From: Bdellovibrionales bacterium
GTDB lineage: Bacteria > Bdellovibrionota > Bdellovibrionia > Bdellovibrionales > DASUEL01
Reading direction: 5' to 3'
Assembly (NCBI GenBank): GCA_050250255.1
Contig: JBFWOZ010000001.1
Location: 1-64,000 of the forward strand
DNA: 64,000 bases
In this document: positions 57,428 to 64,000 of the stretch, piece by piece
How the letters are laid out: each line of letters opens with the position of its first letter
Position numbering within the stretch: the stretch's first letter is position 1
Made by a program: the position numbers and the translations under genes
The notes under the pieces: model-generated
Database searches by the model: none
Seen by the model: the letters and a program-made list of their open reading frames with translations, nothing else
Told to the model about the DNA's origin: nothing

Positions 57428-58366
57428 ATGAGGAATTCAATTATCAATTTCTTTCTAGAGCGCTCACATGACGTTATTGCGGTGACTGCTTTCGTCATGT
57501 GTATTTTTTTTGGTCATATCGCTTCTGCGGATAAAGTTATACTTCATGCCATGGTCATTGATGATCATGCTGCTCGTGAGGTCACTCTTGATAAAGAAAA
57601 TGCTTACATCCAAGAACATTATCCAAACCATAAGCTTATATCTGTGAAAGTCCGAGCAAGTCGATTTTTTCCAATAGATAAAGCTGTGCATGCGGCCCTG
57701 GTGAAAGAGATGAATCAACTAGCACTTGCAGAATCGGATCGTATCGACGTGATGATACTGACAACTCATGGTCAGACTAAAAATGAAGCTACGCAATTAA
57801 GTTTTTTTGGTGAGTTTTCAAGTCAAGGTCCTAACGAAGAACTAAAAGAAGTTTTTAATCCAGTTCTTAAGCATATTGCAGATGATGTCCGGGTTATTAT
57901 GCATTCATGTTCCACATTTTGTGGAACCAATGAACAAATTGTGAGTAGGTCTAAAGCTTTCCTGACATATTTGGGAGCTGCCAAAGGAAGTATTTTTGGA
58001 CTCACTACTCCTGGGTTAGACCCACAACTGAATATTTCAAAATCGGATTTGAAATTCTTTGCTGTTTCAGCGTCACTGGGTGTTTATACCTTATTCGTTG
58101 GAAGCTTTTTGAGTGGAAATTTTGAAGGATTTACCCCGTCATGGTTAATAAAAACAGCGATATTCACGGGATCTCTAACCTACATGATGGCCTTGATTGA
58201 TTTTACTTTGCGAGAGGGTAGGGTTATAGCGAAATCAAAAGCAAAAATAATGAACTGGGGTAAGCTACTCAAGTTTGACCACAGCCAGGATGTTATTATC
58301 GAAGAGGTTTCTTATTATTATGATAAGCCCACGGTGTATGGGTTTGGTTGTGGTAGTGTTCTCTAA
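57428..58366 (+). CDS. AT-rich exported/membrane hypothetical protein with possible caspase/clan-CD-like dyad
   Basis: ILTTHG...IMHSC; start uncertain. Confidence 0.5.
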   Translation: MRNSIINFFLERSHDVIAVTAFVMCIFFGHIASADKVILHAMVIDDHAAREVTLDKENAYIQEHYPNHKLISVKVRASRFFPIDKAVHAALVKEMNQLALAESDRIDVMILTTHGQTKNEATQLSFFGEFSSQGPNEELKEVFNPVLKHIADDVRVIMHSCSTFCGTNEQIVSRSKAFLTYLGAAKGSIFGLTTPGLDPQLNISKSDLKFFAVSASLGVYTLFVGSFLSGNFEGFTPSWLIKTAIFTGSLTYMMALIDFTLREGRVIAKSKAKIMNWGKLLKFDHSQDVIIEEVSYYYDKPTVYGFGCGSVL

Positions 58367-58375
58367 GGAATAAAG

Positions 58376-58426
58376 ATCCTCACCTGTCAAGCCAAGTCCG
58401 ACAAAATCGAAATCAAATATCCCTAA
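58376..58426 (+). repeat. diverged duplicate of the ferredoxin 3' end
   Basis: Encodes ILTCQAK--SDKIEIKYP* vs ILTCQAKPTSDKVEIKYP* at 57324-57380. Confidence 0.85.
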
Positions 58427-59232
58427 GGTCTAAAGAGATCAATGCAGAGAGTGCGGAGAGTTTCTTCTGTGGAGACTTTTGCTTGGGCGACGAGTTTTTC
58501 GATGATGGTGGCAAGTTCAGCGCGCATCCACTCGACGTCTTTTTCTGAAACACTGACGACCGCTGAGAAATGCAAATCATCGGGTTGATTACGGTCGAGA
58601 GAGTCTATGGATCTCATGCGCCAGTTGGTGTGATGTTTGTTGATGAGAGTGGAATCGTTTCCTAAGTAGATAAGATTTTGGCTTGGGATCCACTCTCCTC
58701 CGCGTTTGATGAGTAAATCCATTTTCTCTAAGTCATTTAAAACTTTAAGGGCGTGCTGACGTTCCAGCCGTAAAATTTCACAGAGAGGTTCGAGCGTTTG
58801 GAATTTGGGAATTGTGACGAGTATGTGAATCGCAGCGTAGTGCCAGGAGCTATAATATCTTTGCTGATCTTCGAGAGTGAGTTGCTGGCGAATCTGTACG
58901 CGATTCTTTAATTGTCTACGTGATTCATGCACGCGATCGATTTGCGATTGGTAGCGCTTTTTTAAAAGCGAAGTTCCAGCCCGTGCAAACATGAGGAGCA
59001 AAAGCAGAAACTCCGACTCTTCAGGGGTGTGATCAAGCCATTGGTTGAGGGATTCGACCTGTTCGGGACTAAAATGGGCACTACTGTTTAAAACTTGGGA
59101 GACATAAGCAGGCTGACAACCGAGTGCTTTCGCAATCTCCGACCGCAACCCATGCCCCCGCGAGGGACGGAGCTCGAGATAAGCCTTTAAATAGGCTTTA
59201 TAGTCAGAATAATCAAAGATAGATTTTTTCAT
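58423..59232 (-). CDS. TIGR02147/DUF4423-family HTH protein
   Basis: SIFDYSDYKAYL, IAKALGCQPAYVSQVL HTH, YYSSWHYAAIH, HHTNWR. Confidence 0.85.
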   Translation of the reverse strand: MKKSIFDYSDYKAYLKAYLELRPSRGHGLRSEIAKALGCQPAYVSQVLNSSAHFSPEQVESLNQWLDHTPEESEFLLLLLMFARAGTSLLKKRYQSQIDRVHESRRQLKNRVQIRQQLTLEDQQRYYSSWHYAAIHILVTIPKFQTLEPLCEILRLERQHALKVLNDLEKMDLLIKRGGEWIPSQNLIYLGNDSTLINKHHTNWRMRSIDSLDRNQPDDLHFSAVVSVSEKDVEWMRAELATIIEKLVAQAKVSTEETLRTLCIDLFRP

Positions 59233-59388
59233 AGTTTCAATAGGTTATCTTTATATTTTAAGTATAGCTTAAATTTAACTTAATAAATTAATAAAGTTCA
59301 TCTGGAGAGTTTTTCATGGTTCCTTTATTATTTAATGCATCACGTTAATTGGAGCGTGAGTTGCAAAAAATAACAAAAGGAGTCCCTT

Positions 59389-60447
59389 ATGAAACCAGTT
59401 CGTTTTTTTAAGTCCGTAGTAACTATGAATCTTATCGCTTTGTCTGCCTTCGCAGGCCAGGTGCCAACACCGTTACAAAAAGGTGGAGTGAGTGGCGGGG
59501 GCGGAGATCTTAACCCTGCCGTTCGAGTGTCAAAAGCGGAAGTGAGAAACTTCTTGGATGCTCGAGTTAAAGATGATGTGAAAAGCATCTTTACCGCGAT
59601 TGAAGCGTTGATGACGAAACAAGATTTGCCTTCAGAAGATAAAGAAATTCGAAGAAAGTTATTTAGTGGTTCGAAAACAGTTTATCAATCGATTCAAGAT
59701 GCGGTCATAGAACCACTTGAAAATGGCGCCTGTGTTGATCCCATTACTCGTAAACCGAAAGATGCGGCTTATAACAACAACAAGGTTTGTTTTAGCCTTG
59801 AGCGAATCACCAACCGTGTTCACAGTCTGAATTACGTGCAAGCTATCCTTGCCCTGGCTTCTCATGAAATATCTCATGGAGCAGGTTTAACGGAGAAAGA
59901 AGCTTATTCGCTTCAGCTACGTATCGAATCGAGTTTGCCAAAGATGCACTTTTACAGTGTGCTAAATCAAAAGATGGGATTTCATCGCCAAATTCAGATT
60001 GTAGAAGACACACTTAAGCCGTTTTTGACAAATCTTATTAAAGGAGAAGCTCTTGCTTGTGCACGTTTAGGTACTTTTAGAGGTTTCGCTTCAGATTTGT
60101 TAGGAACGGTGTCGACTGGTGATGCGCTTTACATTGGGTTGCTTCCCGTGTCTTCAAGAGGCGCGCTCAGCACCCTTGTTGCTCGAATGCATAACCTCAC
60201 GCAGTATTGTTTTCCAGCACCTCAACTGGCGAACGGTAACGAGGGAGCTTCTATGGACGAAGTTTTTAATAATCAAGCCGAGATGGATGTCGTAGATTAT
60301 ATCAGACGCGTTTATGTAAACGTAGATCTTTTACCGACACGCGGAACGATGATAAGACGTATTCATTCTTTTAATAAAGATGCGCTTTATTCAGAGTTAC
60401 AGGAAATCTTAAAGCTTTTAGCAGAGATTAAAGCAAAAAAACTCTAA
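59389..60447 (+). CDS. secreted protein with GGxxGGGG motif and HExxH
   Basis: Signal peptide ..SAFA; GGVSGGGGD; SHEISH; sigma54-like TGGAGC-N5-TTGCA at 59350-59365. Confidence 0.65.
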   Translation: MKPVRFFKSVVTMNLIALSAFAGQVPTPLQKGGVSGGGGDLNPAVRVSKAEVRNFLDARVKDDVKSIFTAIEALMTKQDLPSEDKEIRRKLFSGSKTVYQSIQDAVIEPLENGACVDPITRKPKDAAYNNNKVCFSLERITNRVHSLNYVQAILALASHEISHGAGLTEKEAYSLQLRIESSLPKMHFYSVLNQKMGFHRQIQIVEDTLKPFLTNLIKGEALACARLGTFRGFASDLLGTVSTGDALYIGLLPVSSRGALSTLVARMHNLTQYCFPAPQLANGNEGASMDEVFNNQAEMDVVDYIRRVYVNVDLLPTRGTMIRRIHSFNKDALYSELQEILKLLAEIKAKKL

Positions 60448-60471
60448 GTAGAAATTAAAAGACAAATGCTG

Positions 60472-60500
60472 GCCTATCCGAAAGGGTAGGCTTTTTTTAT
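60472..60500 (+). terminator. intrinsic terminator
   Basis: GCCTATCC-gaaa-GGGTAGGC-TTTTTTT. Confidence 0.85.
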
Positions 60501-60501
60501 T

Positions 60502-61185
60502 TTACCGCTTTACGTACCGTTTTTTCATTTGGGAAATCGCAATAGCGCCGATGATGGAAGGGGCGATCCAAAGCCAGAGCATTCCGTCGTCAAAGTTGAG
60601 CCACTTTCTTCCGCCAAAAACTAAAAAAGCCGTGTGTGCGGCGATGCCTGCTCCGAGCATGGAGGAAATATGTTCTTCCAACCACTCTTGAGGGGCCCAT
60701 ACATTTTTTCGTACGAATCGTAAGTCTTTAAGACCCGTGAGTGCGGTTAGAAGTCCAAAAGCAATAAACAGAATGTTCTCTTGATAAATACCGAGCACCG
60801 CTAAGGCTGCGCCAGTGCCGATGCAGAGACCACAAGTCAAATAGGTAAAAGGAGTTTGGAGAAGCTGAAGGTTTTGTTTTTTCACAATTGTCTTTTCACC
60901 CATCCATGCTTGAGCAAAAGTAAGAACCGTGAGAGCTAAAAGGAAAAACGACATGGGTTGAAACGCAGGATCACGTTCAAAAAATTCAGGTGAAACCAGA
61001 TTTGCCATGCATATTAAAAAAGCAGAGCCGGTAACGAGATACATGCAGCGAGTGAAGAGGCGTCCGTAATAAATGTGTCGTGGAGAACCTTTTCTCGAAA
61101 GTACCGAGCACCAGAATAATAAAAGACTGAAGGCGCCTAGTAAAACGTGGCCCGTAAGAAAGGTTTTGTACATGAGGGCCGGCAT
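60502..61185 (-). CDS. DUF2306-like integral membrane protein
   Basis: H..G, RKGSPRH..GR, WLEEHI..MLG..IA..TAF. Confidence 0.75.
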   Translation of the reverse strand: MPALMYKTFLTGHVLLGAFSLLLFWCSVLSRKGSPRHIYYGRLFTRCMYLVTGSAFLICMANLVSPEFFERDPAFQPMSFFLLALTVLTFAQAWMGEKTIVKKQNLQLLQTPFTYLTCGLCIGTGAALAVLGIYQENILFIAFGLLTALTGLKDLRFVRKNVWAPQEWLEEHISSMLGAGIAAHTAFLVFGGRKWLNFDDGMLWLWIAPSIIGAIAISQMKKRYVKR

Positions 61186-61925
61186 TAGTCTTCTTTTAGC
61201 TTTGGAGCCTGAAGAGCTTTCTTCGCCATAATGTAAGGAATGACTTTGTACTCACCGCGCTTGAGGCCTCCCATAGAGAGAGAGCCAACGGAGATCCTTT
61301 GAAGTTTTAAAACGTCAAAACCAATCTTCTCGAACATGCGACGGATCTGTCGGTTACGACCTTCGGTAATGGAAATTTGGAGCCAGTCATATTTCTCAGC
61401 CCCTTTGCGGAGTCGGCGAATGCCTACGGCTTTTACGCGTCCAACGGCGGTGCTCACGCCATTCAAAAGTTTTTGAATTTGATTTTGAGAAGGGTGGCCG
61501 TTCACTTTTACGATATAAGTTTTTGGAATATCCCCTTTTGGATGGGCGACGGCTTGGGCGAAGTCTCCATCGTTGGTCATGAGCAGCATGCCTTCGCTAT
61601 CCCAATCAAGACGACCCACTGGGAATACACGCATCGGGAATTTTTTAAAATACTCTCCAAGATTTGGACGATCCATTGGATCGGACATCGAAGTAAGAAC
61701 ATTTTTAGGTTTGTTGAAAATCACGTACACATGTTGACTCTGTGGCTTGATGGGCTTGCCCTTGATGTTGATACGATCCACTGCTGGATCTATTTGAATT
61801 CCAAGCTCGTATACGCGACGGCCATTGACCATCACTTGGCCTTCTTCGATCATTTCGTCGGCCTTGCGGCGGCTTGCGATTCCAGATTGTGAAATGTATT
61901 TATTTAAACGTACTTTGGATGACAT
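61185..61925 (-). CDS. rluB: rRNA pseudouridine synthase (RluB/RsuA family)
   Basis: S4 domain RLNKYI..G.ASRR; GRLDWDSEG; EGRNRQIRRM. Confidence 0.9.
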   Translation of the reverse strand: MSSKVRLNKYISQSGIASRRKADEMIEEGQVMVNGRRVYELGIQIDPAVDRINIKGKPIKPQSQHVYVIFNKPKNVLTSMSDPMDRPNLGEYFKKFPMRVFPVGRLDWDSEGMLLMTNDGDFAQAVAHPKGDIPKTYIVKVNGHPSQNQIQKLLNGVSTAVGRVKAVGIRRLRKGAEKYDWLQISITEGRNRQIRRMFEKIGFDVLKLQRISVGSLSMGGLKRGEYKVIPYIMAKKALQAPKLKED

Positions 61926-62059
61926 GTTATCCCTCAACTTAGACCCGACTTAAGTCCCAATGATATACGCCGAATGGGGCCATTTTTGTAGAAGAACTTA
62001 AGATCCAAGGCCAAAGTGATATAAAGTGGTGTAATATTTAGCCTAAATAGGGAGGTCTT

Positions 62060-62512
62060 ATGGCGAGTTCAGAATTCGAAAAGTCAAAATCACTCATTGG
62101 CAGTTATGGACAGCCTGAATCGACTCCCGCAAGAAAAGACAACAGCCTCAGGCGTGCGGAAGAGCGCATGGATATTCTCACACAAAAACTTGAGGAACTC
62201 GCGAAGCTCATGACTATGAAAACTGAGCGGCTCATGGTGAAGGTTCGCTTGATGGAAGAACGTCAAAACGAATTCATCATGGACACGCAAAAGAAACTTA
62301 CTGGAATGGTCACTCGATCGGCCGAACTTCCACGAGTTGAGATGCGCATGCACGAAGTGATCGAAAAACATAATCAAGTGGTGAGAGCTTTCGAAAATAA
62401 AATCAATCAGATCAAAAGATTGGTCGATCAACAAGAGGTTCAGCTTTTTAAAGCGATGGGTGAACTCGAAGAATCTCGCAAAGAAATCGCTCGTCTTAAG
62501 CGGCTTACTTAA
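62060..62512 (+). CDS. coiled-coil hypothetical protein
   Basis: Heptad pattern; SD GGAGG. Confidence 0.7.
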   Translation: MASSEFEKSKSLIGSYGQPESTPARKDNSLRRAEERMDILTQKLEELAKLMTMKTERLMVKVRLMEERQNEFIMDTQKKLTGMVTRSAELPRVEMRMHEVIEKHNQVVRAFENKINQIKRLVDQQEVQLFKAMGELEESRKEIARLKRLT

Positions 62513-62592
62513 AGGTGCCAGTGTCTTTTTTCTGGCTACGCTGCGTCCACTTCGTGAAGCGGTGTAGCCAGAAAAAAGACACTGGCACCTTT
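62511..62592. repeat. REPIN: inverted pair of the RAYT-flanking REP
   Basis: AAAGGTGCCAGTGTCTTTTTTCTGGCTAC-24nt-GTAGCCAGAAAAAAGACACTGGCACCTTT; one substitution vs 52090. Confidence 0.92.
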
Positions 62593-64000
62593 TAGGGAGC
62601 TGCGGATTTCATTCTTTTTAGAAAGGCATCGGCGTTTTCGAAGCCGGTGAGAGTTAATTCCTTCTTCTCTTTTCCATTGGAATCGAAAAAGATCATCGTA
62701 GGTAAGCCCACAACTCGGTAAAGATTTTTGAGGCGATTCACTTCGTCCGTGCTGTTCGTCGCATCGAGTTTTAATAATACAAAATCTTTACTTTTTTCGC
62801 GAACGGCGTTGTCGGTGAGAGTGAAAACCTCAAGCTCTTTACAGGCCACACACCAGTCTGCCCAGAAATCGAGAATCACGGGACGTTGCTCCGAACGCGC
62901 TTTTGCTAATAGTTCATCGGAGTAGTGTTGCCAATCGAGTTTTTGAACATTTTCCGAGAGAGTTGCGGAAGAGAAGAAGCGAAGTGAAGGTGGGAGAATG
63001 GGTTGCAAATAATAAAACGCCATGACGATCATGGTTGTTCCAAAAATAAACTTTACACCATTCATCCATGAGCCTGATTTAGGAATTTTTTTGAGGAGTC
63101 CTTCGAAAGTTCCAAGTACAAGAAAAATTTGTCCGAGTCCTAGGGCAAATACAAAGAGTAACGAAAAACCGAAAATTAAATTTTTTGATTCGGCGACGTA
63201 AGTCAAAACACTCACGAGAACGGGACCAACGCAGGGACTCGCTACGATACCAGCAATGAGACCGGTGACGAAGGCTCCGAAATATCCCGCTTCCGTTTTT
63301 GAGGAGCTCAATCGGTTCGCGATAAATGAAGGGACCTTGATTTCAAAGAGACCGTACATACTAAGTCCCATGATCACAAAGATAAGGGCGATCGCTGAAA
63401 CCACGAGGGGGTGACCTAAGTAAGAACCAAACAGCGCTCCTGTTTTTGCTGCGAGCATTCCAAGGCAAGCATAGGTGACTGCAATTCCTAAAACGTAACT
63501 TAGGCTGAGAGTAAATCCCCTGAATTTCGTATGTCGAGAAGTCGCGGCAGAGCGGGCGCCAATAATTGCTAACGTGATAGGAATCATTGGGAAAATGCAA
63601 GGAGTGAAAGAAGTCAGGATTCCTGCTAAAAATACAAAAAAGAAAGCGTAGAGCATCCCTCTATTCAATGCATTTTGTAAGAGATCTGTGGACGGAGGCG
63701 CGTTGACTCCTGTTGTGGAGAGAGAGGTGGTGAATTCCATGGGAATATCCATAGTTGTTGGAAACATACAGTAAGTGTCAGTACACACTTGGTAAGTGAA
63801 CTGTGCTTCACCCTTCCATGCGCCCGGTTTCATGGTCGAAGGAAATCTTAAGTCCACAATCACGGTGGAAGAACCTTTGATTCCCTCGCGTGTTTTTTTA
63901 GAAAATTTATCTTCAAATTTAAAACTCGGTGTCGCGACGATTTGAAATACTTGAACTTCGGGAATCGATTTGAACTTCACTTTGAACATGTCGACGTAAG
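62592..64000 (-). CDS. dsbD: thiol:disulfide interchange protein (5' end beyond the window)
   Basis: YQVCTDTYC, FTPCIFPMIP, SPCVGP, WADWCVAC. Confidence 0.95.
   Translation of the reverse strand, partial: YVDMFKVKFKSIPEVQVFQIVATPSFKFEDKFSKKTREGIKGSSTVIVDLRFPSTMKPGAWKGEAQFTYQVCTDTYCMFPTTMDIPMEFTTSLSTTGVNAPPSTDLLQNALNRGMLYAFFFVFLAGILTSFTPCIFPMIPITLAIIGARSAATSRHTKFRGFTLSLSYVLGIAVTYACLGMLAAKTGALFGSYLGHPLVVSAIALIFVIMGLSMYGLFEIKVPSFIANRLSSSKTEAGYFGAFVTGLIAGIVASPCVGPVLVSVLTYVAESKNLIFGFSLLFVFALGLGQIFLVLGTFEGLLKKIPKSGSWMNGVKFIFGTTMIVMAFYYLQPILPPSLRFFSSATLSENVQKLDWQHYSDELLAKARSEQRPVILDFWADWCVACKELEVFTLTDNAVREKSKDFVLLKLDATNSTDEVNRLKNLYRVVGLPTMIFFDSNGKEKKELTLTGFENADAFLKRMKSAAP

Noticed and set aside
55449..58379. 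14-nt direct match AGGAATAAAGATCC at 55449-55462 and 58366-58379
   Set aside because: AT-rich, with no coherent element between the copies; the ferredoxin duplication explains the site better
3600..63600. Numerous short ORFs antisense to or nested in recognised genes (e.g. 3600-3989, 22245-22712, 42017-42595, 61377-61892, 8578-8946)
   Set aside because: Shadow frames of well-supported genes, with no motifs or RBS

Overview
Chromosomal segment of a Bdellovibrionota-like bacterium, inferred from short ~275-aa flagellins, a TIGR02147-type regulator, a RAYT with AAGGT-ended palindromes and the gene order. 0.1-18 kb is a flagellar filament locus: PilZ brake, three flagellins, flaG, fliD, fliS, a sigma54-driven TPR/Maf-like/GT9 operon, and interleaved S8 protease, lipoprotein+beta-barrel and HNH+peroxiredoxin genes. 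The rest is mostly housekeeping (rsmD, coaD, aminotransferase, rpsI, rplM, truA, asd, pssA, pal, cpoB, tsaD, rsmA, smpB, ABC-F, rluB, dsbD) with scattered accessory genes and several palindromic repeat families. No tRNA, rRNA or CRISPR array was seen. The most striking observation is a set of exact antisense matches among the non-coding regions of the three flagellin loci. The fla2 leader matches the fla1 5' end (17 nt), an element 3' of fla2 matches the fla1 leader (14 nt) and the fla2 leader (7 nt), and the fla3 leader matches the fla2 5' end (12 nt plus 2). The first three helices are ordered to form a three-way RNA junction, and the fla2 leader has an SD/anti-SD switch. Together these suggest an mRNA-mRNA/sRNA circuit that coordinates paralogous flagellins; the complementarity is seen, the function is inferred. 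A second highlight is a 265-bp, apparently bistable structured element at 36033-36297. All structures were read by eye and product calls rest on motif recognition; no searches were run.
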